From Parcubacteria bacterium C7867-004 (GTDB lineage Bacteria; Patescibacteriota; Minisyncoccia; Phycocordibacterales; Phycocordibacteraceae): a DNA stretch of 64,000 bases. Below the pieces are notes generated by a model. That model was given only the letters and a program-made list of their open reading frames with translations, was not told the DNA's origin and ran no database searches. How positions within the stretch are numbered: position 1 is the stretch's first letter; each line of letters begins with the position of its first letter. Shown here in pieces: positions 38,518 to 47,967 of this stretch. The translations under genes were made by a program, and so were the position numbers. The DNA is taken from the NCBI GenBank assembly GCA_001189075.1, contig LFCN01000006.1:386041-450040 (forward strand). Reading direction: 5' to 3'.

Positions 38518-39060
38518 ATGAACGTTACAGGAAACGGAGTCGCTATAGCCCTTGCTGTAGCACTTGCAGGAGCATTCTTGTTCTTCGGCTCGTCCTTCCT
38601 AACATTGCCATTCGGCAGCCAGGACGCGGCGGTTGAAGTAGCGACTGAAGAGGCCAGTTCGACAGGCGCATTGGTATTACCGGTTAATCAGAATGCAATG
38701 GATCCACAAGAACAGATGGCGCAAGGAGAGCTCCCTACCGTACTTACCGCGAGTGACACGGTTATTGGTACAGGCGCCGAAGCGAAGACCGGCGACACCG
38801 TTATCGTCACGTATATCGGTGCGCTCCCAGACGGCACCGTCTTCGATGCGTCTAAGAACCATGGAGATGGAACCTTCTCCTTCACGCTCGGTGAAGGGAG
38901 GGTGATTCAGGGATGGGACAAGGGTGTTGTAGGCATGAAAGTAGGCGGAACCCGTCAGCTCGTTATCCCACCGGATATGGGATATGGCGCGGGAGGCCAG
39001 GGACCCATACCGCCGAATGCGACGCTTCTCTTTGAAATCGAGCTCGTCGGTATCAAATAG
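38518..39060 (+). CDS. membrane-anchored FKBP-type peptidyl-prolyl cis-trans isomerase
   Basis: N-terminal TM helix. C-terminal FKBP domain (TVIVTYIGALPDGTVFD...GEGRVIQGWDKGVVGMKVGGTRQLVIPPDMGYG...ATLLFEIELVGI). Confidence 0.8.
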   Translation: MNVTGNGVAIALAVALAGAFLFFGSSFLTLPFGSQDAAVEVATEEASSTGALVLPVNQNAMDPQEQMAQGELPTVLTASDTVIGTGAEAKTGDTVIVTYIGALPDGTVFDASKNHGDGTFSFTLGEGRVIQGWDKGVVGMKVGGTRQLVIPPDMGYGAGGQGPIPPNATLLFEIELVGIK

Positions 39061-39079
39061 GGAAGCCGAAGAATAGAGA

Positions 39080-39120
39080 TAAGAAAAACCGCCGGGCCCA
39101 TTGGGTCCGGCGGCTAAGTT
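39080..39120. terminator. bidirectional terminator between convergent FKBP and lipoprotein genes
   Basis: Hairpin ccgccgg-gcccattgggt-ccggcgg. gaaaaa on the + strand upstream gives a T-run on the minus strand; taagttt follows on the + strand. Confidence 0.6.
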
Positions 39121-39137
39121 TGTTGTCTTCCCCTTGG

Positions 39138-39791
39138 TTAGGGGAGGACGGCGGGTAGGGGTGCAGCTGCTCCCGGTGCGGAAGGTGGCTCGTTGGTCGC
39201 CTTGCCGACCGTTGTGGTCGGCATGGACATCTGCTTCGCTGGCCCGCTTCCGGCCCAGGGGATGATGACCACCCCCTTGAGCTGTCCCCTCTGCTGCGCA
39301 CGGGCGACGAAGCCGACCATGCACGCGTACTGGACGTAGCGGATTGCAAGCTGGTAGCGGTCGATGCGCGCATCGAACTGGCCGGCTGCGTTGAGGATGC
39401 CACCCAGCTTGAGGAACTGGCTGAAGGAGACGCCGGTGTAGGCAGTCGTGTAGGCGATTGCCGTACCCGTGCCGCCGATGACAGCACCACGAGCAGTTGG
39501 AATCACGATTTCCGACGCGATGCCGGGAATGTAGGGATCCAGCTGCTTGTGGCAAGCGTAGTCCAGTTCCTGCATCTGCCGGAATTGGTCGGGGCCGTAG
39601 AGGTCGCCGGCCACCGCAGGCGTGGTCGCGGTGGCCTTGAGGCCCGGGAACACGCCGGTGAGGTAGCTGCCACCGAGCTTCCCTTGGTCAGTGACCGGGG
39701 GAGGCGGCCGCATGGTCGTCTGGCAAGCCGCGAGGCTCAGAGCCATAGACGCGGAGGCGAGCCCCCGCATCGCCTTTTGAGAGATGTTCAT
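39138..39791 (-). CDS. lipoprotein with glycine-zipper segment, compositionally atypical
   Basis: Lipobox MALSLAAC|Q and a glycine-zipper-like GAVIGGTGTAIAYTTAYTG. GC ~64% with C-ending codons. Start chosen at MNISQKAM. Confidence 0.55.
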   Translation of the reverse strand: MNISQKAMRGLASASMALSLAACQTTMRPPPPVTDQGKLGGSYLTGVFPGLKATATTPAVAGDLYGPDQFRQMQELDYACHKQLDPYIPGIASEIVIPTARGAVIGGTGTAIAYTTAYTGVSFSQFLKLGGILNAAGQFDARIDRYQLAIRYVQYACMVGFVARAQQRGQLKGVVIIPWAGSGPAKQMSMPTTTVGKATNEPPSAPGAAAPLPAVLP

Positions 39792-39966
39792 TGGGGTCTC
39801 TTTCCTAACTCTACAAGAGGTTGCTGCAGCCCTATTTCCGCACATGGAAAGAACTACGTAAAGGTACTGTACCCATTTTAAATAGGCTTGTCAAGTACGT
39901 ACAGACTTGAAGAATCGATGGAGAAAGACTTGTTCGCGAGCATATTCAAAGCTACCTTAAGAACAC

Positions 39967-41184
39967 ATGAAGCCTATTTCCTATACGGTAGAGACCAAAA
40001 GCGGCAGAGCCCGCACTGGCGTTATACATACGCCCCATGGCGATGTACAAACCCCTGCATTCGTTCCTGTAGGCACTAAGGCCGGGGTTAAGGGAATCCT
40101 CCCTAGTCAGCTTAAGGACCTCGGCGCTCAGGTAGTGCTCGCAAACACGTATCACCTCTACCTTCAGCCGGGAGAACAGGTGGTAAAAGGCGCGGGCGGG
40201 CTAGGGAAATTCATGGGATACGATGGACCAACCATGACGGACTCTGGCGGGTTCCAGGTGTTCTCACTTGGAAGCGCGTTCGGCCGCACCATAACCAAGA
40301 TCGCGAAAGGCGAAGAGAATGCGCGAGATCAAGGAGTTGCGGTTGTGGATGAGGACATGCGCAGCCAGCATGGACAGCTCGCGGTCATCGACGAAGAGGG
40401 TGTCACCTTCACCTCGCACCATGACGGCTCTCTGCATCGCTTCACGCCGGAACGCTCCATCGAGATACAGCATGCGCTCGGCGCGGATATGTTCTTCGCG
40501 TTCGATGAGTGCACCTCGCCAACCGAGCCGTACGAGTATCAGAAGGAAGCTATGGAGCGTACGCACAAGTGGGCATTGCGCTCACTCAAGGCGCATCGTC
40601 AGAATATCGAAGCTAATCGCTCGCAGGGCATATTCGGCATCGTGCAGGGCGGCAGATTTGAAGATTTACGAGAGGAGAGTGCCAAGGAGATCGCTTCGAT
40701 GGATTTCGACGGCTTCGGTATCGGCGGCTCCTTCAGCAAGGAGGACATGGAAGGAGCGCTCCAGGCTGCCGTGAAGCATCTGCCGGAAGAGAAGCCGCGA
40801 CATTTCCTCGGGATAGGTGAGCCGGGCGATCTCCTGCTTGGTATCGCGGAAGGTATGGATACCTTTGACTGCGTTGCTGCGACGAGACTCGGCCGCCATG
40901 GCTCCATTTACACGAAGAACGGACAGATCAATCTGAAGAACGAGAAGTATCGTTCGGATTATTCGTTACTGAACGAAGGTGGGGTAGCTATTCCGGGAAC
41001 CGAAGGCTTCACGAAGGCCTACGTCTCGCACCTTATCCGCTCGAACGAGATCCTCGGCCAGATAATTGCGTCTATGCACAATCTTGGATTCATCATTGCG
41101 CTCGTGGATGGTGCAAGGGAAGCGATACGGAACGGAACGTTCGAGCAGTATCGGGAGGATTTCAGTCGGGGATACTATGGCTAG
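39967..41184 (+). CDS. tgt: queuine tRNA-ribosyltransferase
   Basis: TPAFVPVGT, DSGGFQV, zinc-site residues near the C-terminus. Confidence 0.85.
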   Translation: MKPISYTVETKSGRARTGVIHTPHGDVQTPAFVPVGTKAGVKGILPSQLKDLGAQVVLANTYHLYLQPGEQVVKGAGGLGKFMGYDGPTMTDSGGFQVFSLGSAFGRTITKIAKGEENARDQGVAVVDEDMRSQHGQLAVIDEEGVTFTSHHDGSLHRFTPERSIEIQHALGADMFFAFDECTSPTEPYEYQKEAMERTHKWALRSLKAHRQNIEANRSQGIFGIVQGGRFEDLREESAKEIASMDFDGFGIGGSFSKEDMEGALQAAVKHLPEEKPRHFLGIGEPGDLLLGIAEGMDTFDCVAATRLGRHGSIYTKNGQINLKNEKYRSDYSLLNEGGVAIPGTEGFTKAYVSHLIRSNEILGQIIASMHNLGFIIALVDGAREAIRNGTFEQYREDFSRGYYG

Positions 41185-41231
41185 CCGGAGTCTTCTTTTT
41201 TATTTCATCCGGCAAAGGTAGACTGATACGA

Positions 41232-43298
41232 ATGGCCTTATTCAACCTCCACTCCCCCTTCCCGCCAGCAGGCGACCAGCCTGCCGCTATCAAGAAGCTT
41301 ACTGAGGGGATTGAAAAGGGCATGCGCCATCAGACGCTGCTCGGCGTTACTGGTTCCGGCAAGACCTATACGATAGCGAACGTCATCCAGAACGTGGGGA
41401 AGCCGACTCTCGTGCTCGCGCATAACAAGACGCTAGCAGCCCAGCTCGCGCAAGAATACCGCGAGTTCTTCCCGGAGAACCAGGTGCACTACTTCGTTTC
41501 CTATTACGACTACTACCAGCCGGAAGCCTACATCGCGCACTCGGATACCTATATAGAGAAGGAGGCGCAGATCAATGCGGAGATCGATCGTCTTCGTCAT
41601 GCTGCGACGCAGTCACTCCTCACTCGCAAAGACGTGATTATCGTCGCCTCAGTATCTGCTATCTATGGTCTCGGCTCGCCGGAGCAGTACGAGAAGGTAC
41701 ATGTGAAGCTGCAGGTAGGAGGGGAAGAGAATCGCGCGGCGCTCATCCGCAAGCTGGTGCGGATCTATTTCGAGCGCACGAATGCCGATCTTGAGCCGGG
41801 AAAGCTGCGGGCGGTAGGGAACGCGGTAGAGCTCATGCCGGTGAACGAGAGGGCGATCTACCGCATCACGTTTGATGAGGATACGGTCGCCGCTATAGAG
41901 TGCCTTGATCCGGTCTCACGCGCGAATACCGGCAATCCCGAATCCCTCTTCGTCTTCCCTGCCAAGCACTTCGTCTCAAGCGAGGACGAGCGCGCTCGTG
42001 CGCTCGAGGACATCAAGCGAGAGCTCGACGAGCGTCTCGAGGTCCTGAAGCGCGAGGAGAAGGTGCTTGAGCACGAGCGGCTCAAGCGCCGTACGCTCCA
42101 TGACATCGCGCTCATCCGAGAGATCGGCTACTCAGGTGGTATTGAGAACTATTCCCGCCATTTCGATGGACGTAGTCCTGGAGAACCGCCGCACACACTC
42201 CTTTCCTACTTCCCGCACAACAAGGACGGGAGCGCCGATTTCCTTACGGTTATCGACGAGTCCCACGTAACCGTCACCCAGATCGGCGGCATGTACGCGG
42301 GCGACAAGTCCCGCAAGGACATCCTCATCGAGCACGGATTTCGGCTGCCTTCCGCTCGTGATAACCGTCCGCTCAGGTTCGAGGAGTTCGAGGAGCGTAT
42401 CGGCCAGGTTATCTATACGTCAGCGACCCCAGGTAACTACGAGCGCGAGCACAGCGTGGCTCCGGATGGCCAGGTAGCGGAGCAGATCATCCGCCCGACC
42501 GGTCTCATCGATCCAGAGCTCATCGTCCGGCCTATCGTCGAGAAGGGAGACTACAAGGGCCAGATCGCCGACTTCATCCATGAAGCGGAGATAGTTATCA
42601 AGCGAGATGGACGTGCGCTTGCGACAACCCTCACCAAGCAGATGGCCGAGGATCTTTCTGAGTTCCTTAAGGAGCGCGGGATGAAGGCTGAATATCTCCA
42701 CTCTGACGTAAAGACGATCGACCGCATCGACATACTTACGAACTTCCGCAAAGGTAACTTCGACGTGCTGGTGGGTGTGAACCTGCTGCGCGAGGGCCTG
42801 GATCTTCCTGAGGTGGAGTTGGTCGGTATACTCGATGCCGACAAGGAAGGATTCCTCCGCTCGGAAACCTCGCTCATCCAGACCATCGGGCGCGCCGCGC
42901 GCAACGTGCTCGGTCGCGTGATCCTCTACGCGGACGTGATGACCGGCTCGATGGAGCGGGCGATAGGAGAGACCAACCGCCGTCGCACCATACAGCTCGC
43001 CTACAACGAGAAGCACGGCATAACTCCCCTCACCATCAAGAAGGAGATCCGCGACATCGCCGAATCGATGCGCAGCGAGCACCAGAAGACCGTACAGGGC
43101 ATGCTCGACCTCGACGCGAAGCTCTATGAGGAAGACCCGACTGGCTTCATAAAGGATAAACGCCTCCAGATGGATGCAGCAGTAGAGGCGCTCGATTTCG
43201 AGACCGCGGCGATCCTGCGGGATGAGATCTATGAGCTTGAGGGAACGCCAAACCCGAACAAGAAGAAGAATCCTCGGAAGAAGCGATTCGGCTCGTAA
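41232..43298 (+). CDS. uvrB: excinuclease ABC subunit B
   Basis: GDQPAAI...LLGVTGSGKT (helicase motif I), C-terminal UVR domain (AAILRDEIYEL). Confidence 0.9.
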   Translation: MALFNLHSPFPPAGDQPAAIKKLTEGIEKGMRHQTLLGVTGSGKTYTIANVIQNVGKPTLVLAHNKTLAAQLAQEYREFFPENQVHYFVSYYDYYQPEAYIAHSDTYIEKEAQINAEIDRLRHAATQSLLTRKDVIIVASVSAIYGLGSPEQYEKVHVKLQVGGEENRAALIRKLVRIYFERTNADLEPGKLRAVGNAVELMPVNERAIYRITFDEDTVAAIECLDPVSRANTGNPESLFVFPAKHFVSSEDERARALEDIKRELDERLEVLKREEKVLEHERLKRRTLHDIALIREIGYSGGIENYSRHFDGRSPGEPPHTLLSYFPHNKDGSADFLTVIDESHVTVTQIGGMYAGDKSRKDILIEHGFRLPSARDNRPLRFEEFEERIGQVIYTSATPGNYEREHSVAPDGQVAEQIIRPTGLIDPELIVRPIVEKGDYKGQIADFIHEAEIVIKRDGRALATTLTKQMAEDLSEFLKERGMKAEYLHSDVKTIDRIDILTNFRKGNFDVLVGVNLLREGLDLPEVELVGILDADKEGFLRSETSLIQTIGRAARNVLGRVILYADVMTGSMERAIGETNRRRTIQLAYNEKHGITPLTIKKEIRDIAESMRSEHQKTVQGMLDLDAKLYEEDPTGFIKDKRLQMDAAVEALDFETAAILRDEIYELEGTPNPNKKKNPRKKRFGS

Positions 43299-43319
43299 GC
43301 GCGTGATACCATACGCGTA

Positions 43320-44402
43320 ATGACTTTGCGGGTCTATATCGGCGTCGTGCTTCTGTGCGTCCTCATCGTATCGCTCGGCTTCATCGGCGCGACGATTCTC
43401 TTCCTGAACAAGGAGCTCGCGATGCTGCTCACCACCTCCGTGGAGGCAGAAGCGCTGCGCACTCTGCTACTCGGCAACGCCGCGCTATCGATCATCTTCT
43501 CGGTCGTGATGATCGGGTTCTTGTTCTGGGTTATCGGATGGGTGGTAGCGCATCCGCTCCGTCTCATCGTGTCCGCGATGCGCGAATTCTCAGAGACGGA
43601 GAAGCCGGTCGAGCTTCCGTCCTTCAGGACCGCACCCGCGGAAGTGCGCGAGCTTGCCTCGGCGTTCACGACTTTCTCGCAGCGGGTCGGCGAAAGCCAT
43701 AAGCGGGATCAGGAAATCTCTCGGGTGAAGTCAGATTTCATATCCACTGCGGCCCACCAGCTACGCACCCCGCTTACGGGCATCCGCTGGGCACTCGAGG
43801 CGCTGCAGAAGGAAGCCCTCACGGATTCGCAGAAGGCGCTGCTCGGAAGCGCAACCGAGAAGAGTCATCAGCTGGTGGCGATCGTGGGAACGCTTCTTGA
43901 TATATCGGCGATCGAGTCGGGCAAGTACAAGTACGTGTTCGAGAACGTGGACGTAAACGCGTTCCTCGCCCAGATAGCGAAGGATTTCCAGCCGATGGCG
44001 CTTGAAGCCAAGATCTCGCTTTTCTTCGAGCAATCAGAGAGCGAGGTATTGCAGGTGCGAGCTGACCGCGAGCGGATCCGATGGGTCTTGAATAACCTCA
44101 TCGAGAATGCCATCCGCTATACCCCCGCAGGAGGCCGGGTGCGTCTTACGACCGAGTCCTCGCAGCAGCGCACTTTCATTCATGTCGAAGACAACGGCAT
44201 CGGTATCGCGCCGTCCGACCAAGGGAATATCTTCGAGCGGTTCTACCGGGCGCCGAACGCTATCGCAAAAGAGAACGGCGGCAGCGGTCTCGGCCTCTAT
44301 ATCGCCCGCACCATCGCTACCGATCACGGAGGAGATCTTAGCTTCACCTCGAACGCAGCCGGCCACGGCACGACGTTCACGTTGTCACTTCCCGTAACCT
44401 AA
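43320..44402 (+). CDS. sensor histidine kinase (2 TM, HisKA, HATPase_c)
   Basis: H-box SDFISTAAHQLRTPLT, N-box NLIENAIRYT, G-boxes DNGIGI and GGSGLGL. Confidence 0.85.
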   Translation: MTLRVYIGVVLLCVLIVSLGFIGATILFLNKELAMLLTTSVEAEALRTLLLGNAALSIIFSVVMIGFLFWVIGWVVAHPLRLIVSAMREFSETEKPVELPSFRTAPAEVRELASAFTTFSQRVGESHKRDQEISRVKSDFISTAAHQLRTPLTGIRWALEALQKEALTDSQKALLGSATEKSHQLVAIVGTLLDISAIESGKYKYVFENVDVNAFLAQIAKDFQPMALEAKISLFFEQSESEVLQVRADRERIRWVLNNLIENAIRYTPAGGRVRLTTESSQQRTFIHVEDNGIGIAPSDQGNIFERFYRAPNAIAKENGGSGLGLYIARTIATDHGGDLSFTSNAAGHGTTFTLSLPVT

Positions 44403-44410
44403 CCCTACCC

Positions 44411-44998
44411 ATGGAAAAACCCGTCATAGATGCAATTGCGCTCGACGCTTCATTGCCGCTCGATCTGTACGAGGAGAAGCCGATAGGGACCATGAACATG
44501 CCCGACGGCAGGAAGCTGCATGCCGTGCTCGGTCTCTCAAAGACCCATGCCGAGAAGCTCAAGGAACGATCTTTGGATGAGCAGGATCAGGATCTACAGC
44601 GCAATACGTCCGATCGGGAACGGTTCGGTCTGGGCTCGTACGAGGATTGGTACGCGAAAGGACGCTATCCGTTCGCGCTTATCGATGAGAACGACAATCT
44701 CGCGGCGCTCGTGTGGCTAGGGCATGTACCGAACCCGCTCCCGTCGGATGTCGGGTCGTCGCTATGGGACACCATCGCATTTCGTGCCTATCCGCCGTAT
44801 CGAGGCCAGGGAATCATGTCGCCATTCAGCCGCTTCGTGCTCCGGACCTATGAGGTTATGGCACCCGGACGGTCTATCTGGCTTGCCACCGATCAGTCGA
44901 ACGAATCGGGAATCGCGCTCTATACGAAGCTCGGGTTCGTGGACCGGGGACATGCCGAACGGGAGTCTCGGCGTATACTTGTGCTCGAACGAATGTAA
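44411..44998 (+). CDS. GNAT-family N-acetyltransferase
   Basis: The C-terminal Q/RxxGxG/A-like core and GIALYTKLGF fit the GNAT motifs A/B. Confidence 0.55.
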   Translation: MEKPVIDAIALDASLPLDLYEEKPIGTMNMPDGRKLHAVLGLSKTHAEKLKERSLDEQDQDLQRNTSDRERFGLGSYEDWYAKGRYPFALIDENDNLAALVWLGHVPNPLPSDVGSSLWDTIAFRAYPPYRGQGIMSPFSRFVLRTYEVMAPGRSIWLATDQSNESGIALYTKLGFVDRGHAERESRRILVLERM

Positions 44999-45005
44999 CG
45001 CACTC

Positions 45006-46163
45006 ATGTCACGTGTAAAGCTAACCGAATACCGCGCGAAGTCCCTCATCCTCGGTGAGGGATATCGAGGTGTATCGCTTAGAGCTTGCGATGCGGTCCA
45101 GTTCCCGAGCGGCGCGAAGCTCGTGCTCAAGGTGGATCAGGGCGTGAAGAAGCGCATGAAGCAGGGACTGGTCGCGGTAGGTATCGAGGCGACCGAGATA
45201 CCGGTCTTCATTGACGAATGGTCCTCACGCGGCTACTCGAACTTCATAGTCGAAGAGCTCTTCCCGCACGAAGAAAAGGAAGAGCAGTACCTGAGTCTTG
45301 AGCGGGTTCGGGACGGCTACCGGCTCCTCCATGCCGCCGAGGGCGGTATCGATATCGAGGAGCATCCGGAGAAGGTGACGAAACTCGTCGCATCCGGAGA
45401 AGGAGTAGCAACGGCGTTCGCGGAAGCTACCGGTCTTCCGGAAACCTTCCTGCAGGACCTGCTCGATTGCTTCGCCACAAAGCACTTCGCGTTTGTCGAG
45501 ATAAACCCGCTTGTTGTGCGCGGCACTGAGGTGTATCTCCTTGATGCCGCGGTTCTTGTTGATAGTGCCGGGCAGTTCTCAGTTAAGGACGCGTGGAGCG
45601 AATCAGACATTCCGGAGAAGAACGCGGCGCATGCGGCTGAAGCTACCGTTGCCGCTCTGCAGAAGACCACGCCTGCATCGCTTAAGCTTACGGTGCTCAA
45701 TCCGGATGCCAGCCTGTTCTTCCTTCTCTCCGGAGGCGGCGGCAGCATCGTGATAGCGGATGAAGCGGCACTACGGGGCGCAGGGAACGAGATAGGCAAT
45801 TACGGAGAATACAGCGGCGGACCGACGCGCGAAGAGACCTACCTCTATGCGAAAGAGGTTATCGCGCTCCTGCTCGCTTCCAAAGCAACGAAGAAGGCAC
45901 TGGTTATCGCCGGCGGCGTTGCGAATTTCACCGACGTCGGCAAGACGTTCGCGGGCATTATCGACGCTCTGTCCGAAGAGGTTTCCCGACTTCAGACAGC
46001 AGGAGTGAAAGTATTCGTCAGGCGGGGGGGACCGAACGAGAAGGCGGGACTTGCGCACATGCGATCCTACCTTGAAGAGCACGGACTGCTGGGAAGCGTG
46101 TATGGGTCCGATACGGTTATTACACAGGCGGTTGATGATGCTGTAGATTTCATACAAGGCTGA
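45006..46163 (+). CDS. ATP-grasp beta-type subunit of an ATP-citrate lyase / succinyl-CoA-synthetase-family enzyme (AclB-like)
   Basis: N-terminal LTEYRAKSL (compare SucC NLHEYQAK), ATP-grasp fold, C-terminal ligase-CoA domain (VLVIAGGVANFTDV). 385 aa. Confidence 0.6.
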   Translation: MSRVKLTEYRAKSLILGEGYRGVSLRACDAVQFPSGAKLVLKVDQGVKKRMKQGLVAVGIEATEIPVFIDEWSSRGYSNFIVEELFPHEEKEEQYLSLERVRDGYRLLHAAEGGIDIEEHPEKVTKLVASGEGVATAFAEATGLPETFLQDLLDCFATKHFAFVEINPLVVRGTEVYLLDAAVLVDSAGQFSVKDAWSESDIPEKNAAHAAEATVAALQKTTPASLKLTVLNPDASLFFLLSGGGGSIVIADEAALRGAGNEIGNYGEYSGGPTREETYLYAKEVIALLLASKATKKALVIAGGVANFTDVGKTFAGIIDALSEEVSRLQTAGVKVFVRRGGPNEKAGLAHMRSYLEEHGLLGSVYGSDTVITQAVDDAVDFIQG

Positions 46164-46164
46164 T

Positions 46165-47949
46165 ATGACACTACTTGATTCGATACGAGCGGGTGAACGC
46201 GGCATACTGGTCTCCGGTATTCACCTGCAGGTGATCCAGTCGATACTCGACTTCGATTATCTCTCCGGAAAGGAACGATCGATACTCGGTATTGTTGCGG
46301 GAGGCCGCAAGTCCGTGAAGCTGTTCTGGGGACCAGAGGAGTTCCTCATGCCCTGTTTTGCTTCCTTTGCTGACGTGCCGGAACAGTTCCGCGCCCAGGT
46401 CCGGTTCCTGCTGAACGTGCAGTCGGGACGGCGCGCGTACGAGTCCACCGTGGCATTCTTTGAAGCTTTTCCCGAAGCATACGGTGCACATATCTTCGCG
46501 GAGAATGTGCCTGAAGCAAGCGCGACCATGCTCATCGAGCAGTACGGAAAGACAAAAGTGATTGCAGGGCCCTCAGGGGTAGGGTTCGTTGTTCCGGGAC
46601 TGCTTAAGCTCGGCGCGATCGGGGGAGTCGATGCTACTCAGTTGTGGACGAACAAGCTCATGACTTCCGGATCGGTCGCAGTAGTCTCAACGTCCGGCGG
46701 TATGACGGGCGAACTCATCAACGCGGTTGCGGGAGCGGATAAGCGTCTCTCGTTCGCCTTCTGTATCGGCGGCGACCGCTTCCCAGTTACGGCGCTCTCC
46801 GAGGTTCTCAAGCTCGCTCAAGAGGATCCAAGCACAAAAGGTATCGCGTACTTCGGCGAGCTCGGCGGCGTAGACGAGTACGAGATCGTGGAACTCATCA
46901 AGAGCGGAACGCTCACGAAGCCGGTAGCGGCCTATATTGCCGGTATCATCGACGAATCCTTCGAGGAGCACGTCCAGTTCGGACATGCCAAAGCGCTGGT
47001 TGCGACTAATGACGAAAGTGCGCGAGCCAAGCGCGAGGCGCTGCGGGCTTGCGGAGTTGATGCGCCTGATACGTTCCCAGAATTTCTTGAGGCGCTCAAA
47101 AAGCTGCCGGGTGCCGATCACAAGGATGTTCCCGTCGATATCGCTCCCTTGCTTTCCCGTCGCTCAAGTATCCTCTCGACGCGGGAGATCATCGATCTCA
47201 AAAGCATTCCGGTATTCGTCGCAGAGGGGAAGTTGGTTACGCCTGAAACGGGCTTTATGTCAGCCGTAACGGGCGCGCTTCTGGGTCGCCCGCTTACCTC
47301 GCCTATTAGCCAGGCATTCTTCGAAGCGGTTGCGACGCTCCTTATCGATCATGGCGGGAATGTTTCTGGCGCTGTGAACTCCATGATAACGGCGCGTGCC
47401 GGAAAGGATCTGGTTTCGTCGCTCGTGAGCGGTCTCTTAACGATAGGTCCGCGCTTCGGAGGAGCTATCAACGAAGCGGCAGGGCTCTGGCTTACTGGAG
47501 CGCAGGGGGGACTTTCAGCAAGCGAATTCGTTACGCTCGAGACGAGTGGTGGACGAGTTATTCTCGGTATCGGCCATAAGAAGTATCGCGTGGGTATGCC
47601 GGATCCACGCGTAGCAGCGCTCTCGGAATTTGCGACGCTGCTCGATTCCCATCCGCACTATGACTTCGCTCGGAGTGTTGAAGCGGTAACTATCGGAAAG
47701 AACGGCTCGCTCATACTGAACGTCGATGGCGTTACGGCAGCACTTGCGCTCGATATCCTCAGCGAGTGCGAAGGATATACCCGTAGCGAGCTGACTGCGC
47801 TCAAGGATGCGGAGTTCTTCAATGCGCTCTTCATTCTTCCGCGGAGCGCAGGCTTCATGGCCCACATACTCGAACAGAAGCGCAACGATGAGGGCCTCTT
47901 CCGTCTCCCGGATAATCTCCTGTACACTCGCCCAGCTGGCGAGGAATAG
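46165..47949 (+). CDS. CoA-binding alpha-type subunit fused to citrate-synthase-like (citryl-CoA lyase) domain (AclA-like)
   Basis: Starts 2 nt after the beta subunit. SucD-like CoA-binding/ligase part, and C-terminal GIGHKKYRVGMPDPRV resembling the citrate synthase GxGHxVY...DPR signature. 594 aa. Confidence 0.55.
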   Translation: MTLLDSIRAGERGILVSGIHLQVIQSILDFDYLSGKERSILGIVAGGRKSVKLFWGPEEFLMPCFASFADVPEQFRAQVRFLLNVQSGRRAYESTVAFFEAFPEAYGAHIFAENVPEASATMLIEQYGKTKVIAGPSGVGFVVPGLLKLGAIGGVDATQLWTNKLMTSGSVAVVSTSGGMTGELINAVAGADKRLSFAFCIGGDRFPVTALSEVLKLAQEDPSTKGIAYFGELGGVDEYEIVELIKSGTLTKPVAAYIAGIIDESFEEHVQFGHAKALVATNDESARAKREALRACGVDAPDTFPEFLEALKKLPGADHKDVPVDIAPLLSRRSSILSTREIIDLKSIPVFVAEGKLVTPETGFMSAVTGALLGRPLTSPISQAFFEAVATLLIDHGGNVSGAVNSMITARAGKDLVSSLVSGLLTIGPRFGGAINEAAGLWLTGAQGGLSASEFVTLETSGGRVILGIGHKKYRVGMPDPRVAALSEFATLLDSHPHYDFARSVEAVTIGKNGSLILNVDGVTAALALDILSECEGYTRSELTALKDAEFFNALFILPRSAGFMAHILEQKRNDEGLFRLPDNLLYTRPAGEE

Positions 47950-47967
47950 GAGTGGTATACTTTTGAT

